DNA of 64,000 bases, from the NCBI GenBank assembly GCA_963666215.2, contig CAXWPL010000003.1, positions 224,001 through 288,000 of the forward strand, read 5' to 3'. This DNA comes from Acidobacteriota bacterium (GTDB lineage: Bacteria; Acidobacteriota; UBA890; WLXD01). Every line of letters begins with the position of its first letter. The stretch's first letter is position 1. The notes beneath the pieces were generated by a model. It saw only the letters and a list, made by a program, of their open reading frames with translations, had not been told where the DNA came from and made no database searches. Position numbers and translations under genes: made by a program. Below are positions 17,754 to 28,469 of the stretch, in pieces.

Positions 17754-19439
17754 GTGTTCAAGACCGTGATCAGGACCGCCGCGACAAACACCCGCGGATC
17801 TTTCGGCGCCTGGGCCGCTCTCTCGGCGGCGGTCATCGTGAGCTGCGCGGCACCGCCCGCGCAGGGTCCGGACCTGATTCTCACCGAGGGACAAATCTAC
17901 GTCGACGGCAGCCGCAGTTCGCGAGTCGAGGCCATCGCGATCTCCGGCTCGACCATCGTCGCAACCGGCTCCACCGAGCAGATCCGTGCCCTCGCCGCCG
18001 ACACCACGCAGGAGATGCTGCTCGAGGATGCCGCGGTGTTGCCCGGCTTCTACGATGCGTGGCTCGATCTCGAGGCGCTGGGGCGCTGGGGCGAAGGCCT
18101 AAACCTATCGACAAGCTCCACTCTGCGCGAGGTACAGACACGGCTGCGAGCGAGCAGCGCCGGACGCGGCGACAACCCGAGCGCATGGATTGTGGGCTGG
18201 GGTTGGGACGAGACACGCTGGGCTCAATCACGGCTGCCCACTGCGGCTGATCTCGACGCCGTAGAGCAACAACGGCCGGTGCTGTTGTACCGCCGGTCCG
18301 GCCGAGTTGGCTGGCTCAACAGCGCGGCGCTGCGACAGGCGGGGCTGGCCGACGACACTGCTGACACTGGAGATTCCGACGGAGGCCTACCTCTCGGATT
18401 GGTTGGCAACGAGAAGCTCGCTGCTGTAGAGAGCCGTCTTCCCGCAATCGACGACTCCGTACGCCGAGGCTGGATCATCGCGGGGCTGCAGGTTGCTGCC
18501 GCGGCCGGCCTGACTCACGTGGCGACCGCACCGGTAGGCCCACAAGTAGCAGCGCTGTACGCCGCGATCGATCGCGAAGACGAGCTGCCACTTCGCGTCG
18601 ACCTGCGCCGCGAGATACGCAGCAAGGGCGGCACCGTACGTCCAGCAACGCCTCCTCTGGCCAGTCTGAGGCTACGCAACGGTGGACTGGGTGTTGTCCT
18701 CGACGGTCCCTTTTCACCTCCACTCGCGGCCCTCGAGAGACCCTACGCGAACGCAACCGGGAGCGGCCGGCTGCTCGTGCAACGCGAGGAGGTGGCAGCG
18801 ATCTGCGCGGCGCTCGCAGACGGCACTTCAATCGCCTTCGTCGCCCACGGCGACCTGGCAGTGGAAACGGCGCTGGCCTGCGATGTCGACTCGGGTCGCC
18901 GCCTCATTGTGGGGGCCGATCTGCTACCGGCGACGCTTCTTCAAGCGCCGGGGATTCAAGCCTTCGAGCCGCGCATCGCGGTGGTACCCCACCGTCTGGC
19001 GCACGATCTCTACTGGCTGCAGGCTCGAATCGGGGACGAACGCGCCAAGTACGCCCACGCGTATGCGCGACTCGGCGAGCGCAACGGTCTGGCCGCGCTC
19101 GCCTCGATTGCGCCCGACTACCCGGTAGCGCCGATGGCCGCTCTGCATGTCACCCTTACGCGTCAGGACAACGACGGCTATCCACTCGACGGTTGGCATC
19201 CGGAGCAACGACTGTCTTTGCAGCACGCCCTCACGGCTGCCATCGCTGCCGGTCACGAGGGGCGAAGCGGCGTGCTCGAGCCCGGCGCGCCGGCCGACCT
19301 CGTTGTGTGGTCGGAGGACCCTTACCTTGGCGACCTCGGCTCACTTCTACGAGCCCGCGCGCTGCTGACCATGGTGGCAGGAAGAGTCGTCTACTCGCGC
19401 CCGCTGGTGGAGGCCAACTTCGACGCGATTCGCCGATAG
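17754..19439 (+). CDS. Amidohydrolase_3 (YtcJ-like) fold lipoprotein with catalytic residues lost
   Basis: Lipobox-like IVSC; VLPGFYDA, WIVGWGWD, LEPGAPADLVV and TMVAGRVVY structural motifs present; metal ligands substituted. Confidence 0.85.
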   Translation: MFKTVIRTAATNTRGSFGAWAALSAAVIVSCAAPPAQGPDLILTEGQIYVDGSRSSRVEAIAISGSTIVATGSTEQIRALAADTTQEMLLEDAAVLPGFYDAWLDLEALGRWGEGLNLSTSSTLREVQTRLRASSAGRGDNPSAWIVGWGWDETRWAQSRLPTAADLDAVEQQRPVLLYRRSGRVGWLNSAALRQAGLADDTADTGDSDGGLPLGLVGNEKLAAVESRLPAIDDSVRRGWIIAGLQVAAAAGLTHVATAPVGPQVAALYAAIDREDELPLRVDLRREIRSKGGTVRPATPPLASLRLRNGGLGVVLDGPFSPPLAALERPYANATGSGRLLVQREEVAAICAALADGTSIAFVAHGDLAVETALACDVDSGRRLIVGADLLPATLLQAPGIQAFEPRIAVVPHRLAHDLYWLQARIGDERAKYAHAYARLGERNGLAALASIAPDYPVAPMAALHVTLTRQDNDGYPLDGWHPEQRLSLQHALTAAIAAGHEGRSGVLEPGAPADLVVWSEDPYLGDLGSLLRARALLTMVAGRVVYSRPLVEANFDAIRR

Positions 19440-19653
19440 CGCCCCTTCCACGTCATAGCAGCGGCACGCCAAGACGGCGGCCGAACGGTTGTTTGGTGCT
19501 GCGCAAGCCACGACTGAGACCTGTGTCCGTGGTTAGCTATGCGGTAGCTTCTGCAAACCTTGACAAGCGCTGGCGCCTTCCATAGCGTCAGCCCGTCCGC
19601 GGCGGTGGCGGTGCTCCCATACGCCTACCCACAGCCGCCCCTAGGAACGTCTC

Positions 19654-20166
19654 GTGCGAAGACCGCGATCCGGCGGCGTGCGTGCCGACTACCGACGCGT
19701 CGCCGCGAGCTTGCTGACACTGCCGGCGGCGCTTCTCGCGGTGGCGTGCGCCTCGGGCGACAGTCCGGAAATCGTCGCGATCGAGTTTCTGCGAGCCACG
19801 CGTACCGCAGAGTCTGATCGGGCAATCGACAAGATCGATTTGGAGGAGCTCTCGACTCGAGTCAGTGATTTGATCTTCGTGGTCCAAGAGGGCATCGATT
19901 CCGACAAGTTCATGCGCGATTCGATTGAGACGCTCGTGTGGGGATTGTTCCAGGAAACCCCCCGCCAAGAGTTCGTTTACGACGCCGTGCCGGGAGACAA
20001 CGACGGTGAGCGCGCGACATCGATCATCACCATGACCTCGGCCGACGGAACCAGTCGCACCTCCACCGTTCACCTGCGATTCACCACGCGTGGTTGGAAA
20101 GTATCCGGCAAGAGTCTCGATGACCTTGTCAACTATGTCGTACAGCGTCTGGAGGAGCGCTATTGA
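19654..20166 (+). CDS. Hypothetical lipoprotein (possible NTF2-like/DUF4878-type fold)
   Basis: Lipobox LLAVAC; SPEIVAIEFLRA...VHLRFTTRGWKV; start may be GTG 19678. Confidence 0.6.
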   Translation: MRRPRSGGVRADYRRVAASLLTLPAALLAVACASGDSPEIVAIEFLRATRTAESDRAIDKIDLEELSTRVSDLIFVVQEGIDSDKFMRDSIETLVWGLFQETPRQEFVYDAVPGDNDGERATSIITMTSADGTSRTSTVHLRFTTRGWKVSGKSLDDLVNYVVQRLEERY

Positions 20167-20245
20167 GCTCTCCTCTCGCCTCCCCCCGCCGGCCGCACGG
20201 AATCCCGAGCCTCTGCGCGCCGGCCGCCAGGCAAGGAGCATCGCC

Positions 20246-20980
20246 ATGATTCGACGCACACTCGCCACCCTCCTTTTGGTCGCCACAGCCGCCTGCGGTT
20301 CGGCAACCGATGCCGCTGTTAACGAAGTGATTGAACAGGTGCGGCTCGGCGACCCTCTCGCCCAGCGTAACTATGCTGAGAACAAGGAGTTGCTGGAGTC
20401 GGCCGAGGCGGTGCCGCGTTGGGTCGACGCGCTGGCTACTCACGAGAGCCCCGCGGTGCAGAAGTGGGCCGCCCAAATGCTGGGCAACATCAAGGATCCA
20501 ACAACAATCGCCGCGCTGACATCCGCACTGGGATCCTCGCGCGAGGTGCGTGATGCCGCCGCGGCGGCAATCGGCGGGTTCTCCGAGGAGGAGGCCATCG
20601 ATGCCTACATCGCCGCCGTCGAATCCGACGACCGCGACGCACAGACCACCGCGCTGTCGCTCATCAGCCGCCTACCGCTGCCGGCGGCGGTACCGGCAGT
20701 CGCCGGTTTGGCGCGTGCCGGCGGGCTTGTTGGCAAGCAGGCCATCAACACGCTCGGCGACATCGGCGACGCCACCGCGGCCGAGCAACTCGCTCAGATT
20801 GCACTCGACGGCGCCCTGGAAGGCGACGTCCGCGCCGCCGCGCTGCAGACCCTCGGTCGCATCGAAGGCGACGCCGCCAGCGGACAGCTCGACAGCCTCG
20901 TCGAATCGCTCGACGCCGCCAGCGATGAAGCGTCGGCGGAGCTACTCGAAACCGCCCGCGGGCTCCAGGGCTCCCGCTAG
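20246..20980 (+). CDS. HEAT-repeat lipoprotein
   Basis: SD AAGGAG; lipobox ATAAC; repeats AVQKWAAQMLGNI, EVRDAAAAAIG, QAINTLGDIG and VRAAALQTLGRI. Confidence 0.8.
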   Translation: MIRRTLATLLLVATAACGSATDAAVNEVIEQVRLGDPLAQRNYAENKELLESAEAVPRWVDALATHESPAVQKWAAQMLGNIKDPTTIAALTSALGSSREVRDAAAAAIGGFSEEEAIDAYIAAVESDDRDAQTTALSLISRLPLPAAVPAVAGLARAGGLVGKQAINTLGDIGDATAAEQLAQIALDGALEGDVRAAALQTLGRIEGDAASGQLDSLVESLDAASDEASAELLETARGLQGSR

Positions 20981-21007
20981 CCACGAATCTGTGCGGGGAG
21001 TGGGACG

Positions 21008-22936
21008 ATGACAGACGGCATCAACCCAATCGACCTCGAGTCGGTCCTCGAAGACCAGGCGCAGGTTGCTCCTGGGGACGATTTCGTTGCCGGAGCGGTG
21101 CTGCCCGATCCGCAACGGATGCGCGACGAGGCCGCAGCCGACCCTGAGGCCTTCTGGGCTCGGATCGCCGGCGAGCTCGACTGGTTCGAGCCGTGGACCG
21201 AAGTGCTCGACTGGCAACCACCGCACGCCTTCTGGTTCGCGGGCGGCCGCTGCAACATCGCCCACAACGCTCTCGATCGCCATCTCGACACCTGGCGCAG
21301 GCACAAGGTCGCCGTCATTTGGGAGGGCGAGAATGGCGATCGGCAGCTGTTCACCTACGCAGAGCTGGCCCGCGAGGTCAATCGTCTCGCCAACGCGCTG
21401 CGCTGCCGCGGAATCGGCAAGGGCGACTGCGTCACGATCTACATGCCGATCTGCCCCCAGCAGGCCATCGCGATGCTTGCAAGCGCCAAGATCGGAGCCT
21501 TCCACAGCGTCGTCTTCGGCGGCTTCTCGGCCGACGGTTTGCGCGACCGCATCATCGATGCCGAATCGAAGGTGCTGATCACCGCCGACGGCGGCTACTA
21601 CCGCGGCGGCGTCGTGCCCCTCAAAGAGGCCGCCGACGCTGCCGTCGATCAGTGTCCGACGATCGAGCACGTTATCGTTTATGAGCGTTGCCGCATCGAT
21701 GTTCCGATGCGTGAGGGCCGCGACATCACGTGGTCGGCAGCGGTCGAGGACGCGAGCCCCGATGCCGCCACAGAGGTGATGAGCGCCAACGACCCGTTGT
21801 TCGTGCTCTACACCTCGGGCACAACGGGGCAGCCGAAAGGCATCCTGCATCACCATGGCGGGTACATGGTGGGCACCTACATCACCAGCAAGTGGGTCTT
21901 CGACCTGCGCGACACTGATCTGTACTGGTGCACCGCGGACGCCGGCTGGGTAACCGGGCATTCCTACATTGTCTACGGCCCACTGATCAACGGCGCCACG
22001 ATCTTCATGACGGAAGGCGCGCCCGATCACCCCGATCCAGGCCGTTGGTGGCGCCTCGTCGAGCGTTACGGGATCAACATCCTCTACACCGCTCCCACCG
22101 CCGTACGGATGTTCATGCGGCTCGGCGAGGAGTGGCCCGGCAAGTACGACCTCTCCAGCCTACGGCTGCTCGGCAGCGTGGGCGAACCCATCAACCCAGA
22201 GGCCTGGCGCTGGTACCACCGTGTGATCGGCGGTGGAAACTGCCCGATCGTCGACACCTGGTGGCAAACCGAGACCGGCTCGATTCTCATCACCGCACTG
22301 CCGGCCGAACCCCAGAAGCCCGGCTCAGCCGGCCTCCCCTTCCCTGGCATCGACGTCGACGTCGTCGACAAGGAAGGCAACCCGCGAGGCCCCGGCCAGG
22401 GAGGCTACCTGGTCGTCCGCAAGCCGTGGCCCTCGATGCTGCACACGGTCTACAAGAACCCCGAACGTTTCCGAGAAACCTACTGGGAAATCGTCCCGGG
22501 CATGTACGCCGCCGGCGACGCCGCCGTACGAGACGCCGATGGTTACATCCGAATCCTCGGCCGCATGGACGACGTTCTCAACGTCGCCGGCCACCGGCTC
22601 GGCACCATGGAAATTGAGAGTGCGCTGGTCGCCCACGCCGCTGTCGCCGAGGCGGCCGTCATCGGCATGCCCGACGAGATCAAGTTCGAGGTCCCGAAGG
22701 CCTTCGTTATTGTCCAGCAGGGAATCGAAGGCTCCGACGAGCTCGCCGACGAGCTTCGCGCACACGTAGCCCAGCAGATCGGCAAGCTCGCCCGTCCCCA
22801 GGAGATCGTCTTTGTTCCAACGCTTCCGAAAACGCGGAGCGGCAAGATCATGCGGCGGTTGTTGAAGGCGCAGGAGCGTGGGGAGTCGCTTGGGGATACG
22901 TCGACGTTGGAGCCCAGTAGCGTTCCGACGGAGTAG
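21008..22936 (+). CDS. acs: Acetyl-CoA synthetase (AMP-forming)
   Basis: [34 protein letters not shown] and [11 protein letters not shown]. Confidence 0.97.
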   Translation: MTDGINPIDLESVLEDQAQVAPGDDFVAGAVLPDPQRMRDEAAADPEAFWARIAGELDWFEPWTEVLDWQPPHAFWFAGGRCNIAHNALDRHLDTWRRHKVAVIWEGENGDRQLFTYAELAREVNRLANALRCRGIGKGDCVTIYMPICPQQAIAMLASAKIGAFHSVVFGGFSADGLRDRIIDAESKVLITADGGYYRGGVVPLKEAADAAVDQCPTIEHVIVYERCRIDVPMREGRDITWSAAVEDASPDAATEVMSANDPLFVLYTSGTTGQPKGILHHHGGYMVGTYITSKWVFDLRDTDLYWCTADAGWVTGHSYIVYGPLINGATIFMTEGAPDHPDPGRWWRLVERYGINILYTAPTAVRMFMRLGEEWPGKYDLSSLRLLGSVGEPINPEAWRWYHRVIGGGNCPIVDTWWQTETGSILITALPAEPQKPGSAGLPFPGIDVDVVDKEGNPRGPGQGGYLVVRKPWPSMLHTVYKNPERFRETYWEIVPGMYAAGDAAVRDADGYIRILGRMDDVLNVAGHRLGTMEIESALVAHAAVAEAAVIGMPDEIKFEVPKAFVIVQQGIEGSDELADELRAHVAQQIGKLARPQEIVFVPTLPKTRSGKIMRRLLKAQERGESLGDTSTLEPSSVPTE

Positions 22937-23057
22937 GGGTGTCGGAGGTGGAGTCTGCTGGTACTGAGGGTGCGAGCACTCGGGCGCGGGGGCGACGCCC
23001 GCTCACCCCTCCGTCGATCTTCGAAACACACAGCACCCACTCGCCGCAGGCTCAACC

Positions 23058-23101
23058 AAAAAAAAGCCGTCGCCCGGCCCTTCTGCGGACCCGACAACGG
23101 C
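23058..23101 (-). terminator. Intrinsic terminator after tRNA-Ala and the alpha operon
   Basis: Minus strand GCCGTTGTCGGGTCC-GCAGAA-GGGCCGGGCGACGGC stem (G-U pairs, one mismatch) followed by T8. Confidence 0.8.
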
Positions 23102-23105
23102 TTAG

Positions 23106-23178
23106 TGGACCGTGGGGGGCTCGAACCCCCGACCTCCGGCATGCGAGGCCGGCGCTCTCCCAACTGAGCTAACGGCCC
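23106..23178 (-). tRNA. tRNA-Ala(CGC), CCA not encoded
   Basis: Cloverleaf GGGCCGTTAGCTCAGTTGGGAGAGC...CCGGC-CT-CGC-AT-GCCGG...GGTTCGAG...ACGGTCCA; G3:U70 alanine identity pair. Confidence 0.95.
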
Positions 23179-23223
23179 GGATCCCGCTCGCGCATCGCCT
23201 CGAGCGGACCTAACAGTTTACCC

Positions 23224-23766
23224 CTATTCTTCGCCGCCCTTGCCGTCTTCGGCGTCGGAGTTATCATCCGCGCCGGCTGCCTCGTCGGCCTCGTCGTCGG
23301 CCGCAGCGGAGTCGTCTGCCGTCGGCTCAGCTTCAGGGGCCGGGGCCGCCGCAGCCGCCGCAGGACGCGAGCCGCCGCGCTTCTTGCGCTTTTTCTTCGA
23401 CGGCTTCATCTCCGCTTCGACGAGCTCGATAATGGCCATCTCAGCGGCGTCGCCCGAACGGCTCCCGAGCTTGTAGGTACGGGTGTAGCCACCCGGCCGT
23501 TCCGCATACCGTGGAGCAACGTCATCGAACAACTTGCGAACCACGTCGCCATCGCGGATCACGCGCGCTGCGTGGCGTCGGGCATGGAGTGTTTCGCGCT
23601 TGCCAAGCGTGATCATGCGCTCCGCGAGCGAGCGTACCGCTCGCGCCTTGGGTGCAGTCGTCGTGATGCGCTCGTGCCGCAGCAGGTCAGTGACCATGTT
23701 ACGGAGCATCGCTTTGCGATGCGCCGCGGTGCGGCCCAGCTTGACGACGCTTTTGCGATGTCGCAT
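23224..23766 (-). CDS. rplQ: 50S ribosomal protein L17 with a long basic/acidic C-terminal tail
   Basis: [31 protein letters not shown]. Confidence 0.98.
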   Translation of the reverse strand: MRHRKSVVKLGRTAAHRKAMLRNMVTDLLRHERITTTAPKARAVRSLAERMITLGKRETLHARRHAARVIRDGDVVRKLFDDVAPRYAERPGGYTRTYKLGSRSGDAAEMAIIELVEAEMKPSKKKRKKRGGSRPAAAAAAPAPEAEPTADDSAAADDEADEAAGADDNSDAEDGKGGEE

Positions 23767-23846
23767 TGGGCTGGCCTTTCGTCTTGACCTGCTAGTCGAA
23801 GGGTCTAGGAATTCGGTCTAGAGATCTCGTGGAGAGTCGGTACGCC

Positions 23847-24830
23847 TTAGCCTGCGTCGGGCGCTGGCGGTAGATCCGAAAGATCCATGTCCAGCGTCAG
23901 GCCCATCTCGGCCATGACCTCTTTGATCTCCTGCAGCGACTTCTTGCCGAAGTTCTTCGTCTTCAGCATCTCGGCCTCGCTGCGCTGAACAAGATCTCGG
24001 ATGGTCCGGATGTCGGCGTTCTTGAGGCAGTTGTACGACCGCACCGACAGTTCCAGTTCGTCAACCGAACGGTTGATGTTGGCGTAGAAAGCGGTGAGAT
24101 CCTGATCGGGTTCTTCGTGACGCTGCTCGGGCTCCTCTTCGATGTCGACGAAGATGGCCAGATGGTCGCGCATGAGCTTCGCGGCCAGCGCCATGGCACG
24201 ATCGGGCGTCACGGTGCCGTTGGTGGCGACCTCGATCATGAGCTGCTCGTACTCGGTCGAGCGACCCAGCCTGGCGCGATCGACCTTGTAGTTGACGCGA
24301 CGGACAGGCGAATGCACGGAGTCGATCGGAATCCAGCCGATATCCATATCGGGATCCGCGTTGCGATCCGCGGCGACGTAGCCACGTCCCTGTGCAAGCC
24401 GCATCTGCATGTCGATCGACCCGCCGGCGGCGAGCGTGCAAATGTGGGTCTCCGGGGCCACGCAGCTGAAATCCGGATCCTCGAGAATGTCGCCCGCTGT
24501 GATCTGACCCGGGCCCTCGGCCTTGAGAATCAACGTCTTGGGCTTATCGACGTTGAGACGGAAAGCGATCGCCTTCAAGTTGAGGATCAAATCGGTCGTG
24601 TCTTCGACAACGCCCGGCAGCGAGCTGAACTCGTGCAGCACGCCGTCGATCTTGAGCGCGGTGATGGCCGCCCCCTCCACGGAGGAGAGCAACACACGCC
24701 GCATCGCGTGTCCGACGGTAACCGCGAAACCCCGTTCGAAGGGTTGAGCGGTGAACTTGCCATAGCGATCCGTGAGCGTCTCCAGCTCAACGTCGAGACG
24801 CTTCGGTCGCTGAAACCCGGTCCACAACAT
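23847..24830 (-). CDS. rpoA: RNA polymerase alpha subunit
   Basis: [31 protein letters not shown] and KNFGKKSL; ATG 24830 with SD AGGAGG. Confidence 0.99.
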   Translation of the reverse strand: MLWTGFQRPKRLDVELETLTDRYGKFTAQPFERGFAVTVGHAMRRVLLSSVEGAAITALKIDGVLHEFSSLPGVVEDTTDLILNLKAIAFRLNVDKPKTLILKAEGPGQITAGDILEDPDFSCVAPETHICTLAAGGSIDMQMRLAQGRGYVAADRNADPDMDIGWIPIDSVHSPVRRVNYKVDRARLGRSTEYEQLMIEVATNGTVTPDRAMALAAKLMRDHLAIFVDIEEEPEQRHEEPDQDLTAFYANINRSVDELELSVRSYNCLKNADIRTIRDLVQRSEAEMLKTKNFGKKSLQEIKEVMAEMGLTLDMDLSDLPPAPDAG

Positions 24831-24931
24831 TTCGGCTGACCTCCTAGCCACCCCTGTGCAACCCAAACGGCGCACGGGGAGGTCGCCCGGTCGAGAGTTT
24901 TCGTGACTTCGGTGATCGGGTGGTGAGTCGT

Positions 24932-25561
24932 CTACTTGGAGTACAGCTCAACGATGAGCTGCTCCTGGATATTCGCGTCGATGTCTTCGCGCATGGGCAG
25001 CCGCGCTACGACTCCAGAAAACTTGTCGTAGTCGACGTCCAACCAACCGACGGTCGTGCCCACACGGCCACCCTCGGCGGCGAGTTGGATGTCGCTGTTG
25101 TTGCGGATGTTCTCACGCACAGTGATCACCTCACCCTGGCGTACCTGATACGAGGGGATGTTCACCTTGGAATTGTTGATGCGGATGTGGCCGTGCTTGA
25201 CGAGCTGGCGCGCGTGCGACCTGGAGAGCGCGAAGCCCATCCTGAAGGCCACGTTGTCCAAGCGTCGCTCGAGCGAGATCAGGAGAGCCTCACCCGTGAT
25301 TCCACGCTGCTGCGCCGCGGTCGCGAAGTAGCGACGAAACTGACGTTCCAGGACACCGTACACGCGCTTGACCTTCTGTTTTTCGCGCAGCTGCGAGGAG
25401 TAGTCGGACGGACGACGTCGTCGGCGACGGCCGTGCTCGCCCGGTGGGAAATTGCGCCGCTCGATGGCGCACTTGTCGGAAGTGCAACGCGCGCCCTTGA
25501 GAAAGAGCTTCACGCCCTCCCTGCGGCACAGCTTGCAAACCGGTCCGGTGTAACGCGCCAC
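24932..25561 (-). CDS. rpsD: 30S ribosomal protein S4 (Zn-binding type)
   Basis: [31 protein letters not shown]. Confidence 0.99.
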   Translation of the reverse strand: MARYTGPVCKLCRREGVKLFLKGARCTSDKCAIERRNFPPGEHGRRRRRRPSDYSSQLREKQKVKRVYGVLERQFRRYFATAAQQRGITGEALLISLERRLDNVAFRMGFALSRSHARQLVKHGHIRINNSKVNIPSYQVRQGEVITVRENIRNNSDIQLAAEGGRVGTTVGWLDVDYDKFSGVVARLPMREDIDANIQEQLIVELYSK

Positions 25562-25620
25562 TTCGGAATCCTCCTCGAACGATGTCTTGGCTACTGGGTC
25601 TACTCAGATATCCGCAGATG

Positions 25621-26007
25621 TCAAACGCGGCGCTTCTTCGGCGCGCGGCAACCGTTGTGCGGAATCGGCGTAACGTCCCGGATCGAAGTCACGGTAATGC
25701 CCGTGGACTGTAGGGCACGTATCGCCGACTCCCGTCCGGCGCCTGGACCCTTGATTCGGATCTCTACCTTCTGCATGCCATGCTCTCGCGCCTTGGTCCC
25801 CGCATCCTGCGCGGCGATTTGCGCCGCGAACGGCGTGCCCTTGCGCGAGCCCTTGAAACCCTTGCCGCCCGAGCTCGACCACGCGATCGCATTGCCGTCG
25901 CGATCCGTGATCGTCACGATAGTGTTGTTGAACGTCGCGCGGATGTGGGCCACCCCGCTCGGGATGTTCTTCTTGACTTTCTTCTTGCCAGCTTTCTTCT
26001 TGACCAT
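25621..26007 (-). CDS. rpsK: 30S ribosomal protein S11
   Basis: [25 protein letters not shown]. Confidence 0.99.
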   Translation of the reverse strand: MVKKKAGKKKVKKNIPSGVAHIRATFNNTIVTITDRDGNAIAWSSSGGKGFKGSRKGTPFAAQIAAQDAGTKAREHGMQKVEIRIKGPGAGRESAIRALQSTGITVTSIRDVTPIPHNGCRAPKKRRV

Positions 26008-26123
26008 CTGACTTCCTGGCTGAGTTCCTGGCTAAGTGCGTGGCAGCTCTTCTAGCTATTGCACCTGCTCAGGCGCTCTGTACCCACGGCGCCACGACAC
26101 GGAAGCTACCGCTGTCGACGAGC

Positions 26124-26501
26124 CTAGCGACCGATCTTCTTCTTCTTGATAGCCATGCCGCGCGGCCCCTTGCAGGTGCGGGCGTTCGTTTTCGTGCGCT
26201 GTCCGCGTAGCGGCAGGTTGCGCCGATGTCGCATCCCACGATACGAGCCGATCTCGATCAGGCGCTTGATGTTCATCTGCACCTGCTTGCGGAGATCGCC
26301 CTCCACTCCACCCTGGCGGTCGATCACCTGGCGGATACGGCTCACCTCTTGCTCGGTCAGATCGCGTACGCGAGTACCGTCGTCGACCTTGGCCGTTGCC
26401 AAGATCGAACGCGACCGAGTACGGCCGATGCCGTAGATCCCGGTCAACGCGATGTCAATCCGCTTTTCAAGACGCAGATCTACGCCAGTGATGCGCGCCA
26501 T
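26124..26501 (-). CDS. rpsM: 30S ribosomal protein S13
   Basis: [25 protein letters not shown]. Confidence 0.99.
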   Translation of the reverse strand: MARITGVDLRLEKRIDIALTGIYGIGRTRSRSILATAKVDDGTRVRDLTEQEVSRIRQVIDRQGGVEGDLRKQVQMNIKRLIEIGSYRGMRHRRNLPLRGQRTKTNARTCKGPRGMAIKKKKIGR

Positions 26502-26651
26502 TCAGAAACTCCTACTCGGAAACCGGAATCGTGCGAAATTGTTGCTTGCCGCGACCGTCGGGGCTCTCTTGCTCTCTGAAGTCGCTCAAAGTGCGAGCCA
26601 GGACGAGAGGAGGGCAATAGACCCGCTAGGAAGACCTCGAGAACTCTACCG

Positions 26652-26765
26652 CTACCCCTGCCGTTGCTTGTGCTTCGGGTTCTCGCAGATCACGAAGACT
26701 TTGCCTGACCGGCGAATCACTTTGCACTTGTCGCACATGCGACGGACGGACGCACGAACTTTCAC
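26652..26765 (-). CDS. rpmJ: 50S ribosomal protein L36 (absent from the ORF track)
   Basis: Manual translation from GTG: [37 protein letters not shown]. Confidence 0.97.
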   Translation of the reverse strand: MKVRASVRRMCDKCKVIRRSGKVFVICENPKHKQRQG

Positions 26766-26848
26766 GATGCTTCACCTAATGGTATTCGCGGCGGACCACG
26801 GATTGTACCAGGAATCCAGCGCAGCGACAGTCGCCTAACCGCTGGTTT

Positions 26849-27067
26849 TTACTTGTATCGATAAACAATTCGGCCACGGTCAAGATCGTACGGCGACAGC
26901 TCAACCAGCACCTCGTCTCCCGGCAAGATGCGGATGAAGTACTTCCTCATCTTGCCCGAGATGTGCGCTAGCACCTTGTGCCCGTTCTCGAGCTCGGCCC
27001 GGAACATCGCGTTGGGTAGCGTCTCAACGACCTTGGCCCGAACCTGCAGAGCCTGTTCTTTCTCCAT
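26849..27067 (-). CDS. infA: Translation initiation factor IF-1
   Basis: [22 protein letters not shown]. Confidence 0.99.
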   Translation of the reverse strand: MEKEQALQVRAKVVETLPNAMFRAELENGHKVLAHISGKMRKYFIRILPGDEVLVELSPYDLDRGRIVYRYK

Positions 27068-27071
27068 CTAT

Positions 27072-27866
27072 TCAGCTGCCTCCCCCGGCCGCGCGAACGG
27101 CTGCGGATGCCGCGATCTCCCTCGCGCTGAGCACCCAGGGGCCACTCGCGGTGATCGCAACGCTGTGCTCGAAGTGGGCCGACGGTCGGCGGTCGGCGGT
27201 AACGGCCGTCCAGCCGTCGCTCAGCACCTCGACCTCTGGCCGACCCAAGTTAACCATCGGCTCGATAGCCAAAACCATGCCTTCGTGAAGCCGCGGACCC
27301 ACACCGGCGGCGCCGTAGTTGGCAATCTGCGGATCCTCGTGAAGCGCCGCCCCGATGCCATGGCCGACGAAATCACGCACCACCGAAAACCCGCGCGGTT
27401 CCACATGCGCTTGCACTGCGTGCGAGATGTGGCCAATCCGGTTGCCGATCACACACTGATCGATCGCGCGGTAAAGGGATTGTTCCGTGGCCTCGAGTAA
27501 CCGGGCCACTTCGGGCTCGATGGGAGGCACGGGCCAGGTTACGGCCGAGTCGCCGTAGAACCCCTCGAGCAGAACACCGAGGTCAATGCTGACCACGTCG
27601 CCGGGAGCCAACCGCCGGTCGCTCGACGGAAGCCCGTGGACAACCTCTTCGTTGAGCGATACGCAGAGCGTCGCCGGATATCCGCGGTAGCCCTTGAAAG
27701 CCGGCAGCGCGTGCATCTCACGCACCCGAGCTTCGGCGTAGGCGTCGAGCTCAGCGGTCGTTACGCCCGGACGCACACGCTCGGCGAGCTCCGTGTGAAC
27801 TGTGGCCACCACCTGGTTGGCGGCGTGCATGATGTCGATCTCGGCCGGCGACTTGCACACGATCAT
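27072..27866 (-). CDS. map: Methionine aminopeptidase type I
   Basis: EEVVHG, GDSA, GHGIG...HEDP, IEPMV, SAHFEH. Confidence 0.98.
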   Translation of the reverse strand: MIVCKSPAEIDIMHAANQVVATVHTELAERVRPGVTTAELDAYAEARVREMHALPAFKGYRGYPATLCVSLNEEVVHGLPSSDRRLAPGDVVSIDLGVLLEGFYGDSAVTWPVPPIEPEVARLLEATEQSLYRAIDQCVIGNRIGHISHAVQAHVEPRGFSVVRDFVGHGIGAALHEDPQIANYGAAGVGPRLHEGMVLAIEPMVNLGRPEVEVLSDGWTAVTADRRPSAHFEHSVAITASGPWVLSAREIAASAAVRAAGGGS

Positions 27867-28447
27867 GCGCGCACGGCCTCCGCCAGAACCGCGTCGAGCC
27901 GAGCGTAAACGCTGTCGATCGATCCTGTGCCCTCGACCTCGCGCAGAATCTCTCGCTCACGGTAGTACTCGATCAGCGGCGCCGTTTGGCGGTGATAGAC
28001 CGCCAGGCGCTCGCGAGCCACTTCCGCGTCGTCGTCTGCACGATCGGAACCCACAACTTGGCTGCGATGGCTGATCCTCGACATCAGCTCATCCTCCGGG
28101 ACGTCGAGATAGAGCACCAGGTCGACGCCGCTATCGCCGATACGTGCGGCGAGCTCCTCAAACCTGTGGGCCTGGGGTAGCGTCCGCGGGTAGCCATCCA
28201 TGATCGCACCGGGAGCGCTGTCGGACTGCGCCAACCGGTCCTCGACCACCTCGGCCATCGTGCCGTCGTCCACCAACGCTCCAGATCTCATGATCTCGTC
28301 CACTCGCTTCCCCAGCGGCGTGCCAGCGGTGACCGCTGCACGCAGCATGTCCCCCGTCGAGATCTTCGGCAACCCGTACTTGGCCGCCAGGCGGGCCGCC
28401 TGCGTACCCTTGCCGGCTCCCGGCGCTCCCAAGAATACGATCAGCAT
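27863..28447 (-). CDS. adk: Adenylate kinase (short LID)
   Basis: GAPGAGKGTQ, ISTGDMLR, DGYPRT, RADD; ATG 28447. Confidence 0.97.
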   Translation of the reverse strand: MLIVFLGAPGAGKGTQAARLAAKYGLPKISTGDMLRAAVTAGTPLGKRVDEIMRSGALVDDGTMAEVVEDRLAQSDSAPGAIMDGYPRTLPQAHRFEELAARIGDSGVDLVLYLDVPEDELMSRISHRSQVVGSDRADDDAEVARERLAVYHRQTAPLIEYYREREILREVEGTGSIDSVYARLDAVLAEAVRA

Positions 28448-28469
28448 CCCGCGGTTCCGAAGCGCTTCT

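Noticed and set aside
22937-23223. tRNA-Ala as an integration site for an island
   Set aside because: No integrase and no duplicated tRNA 3' end seen; flanked directly by a terminator and acs
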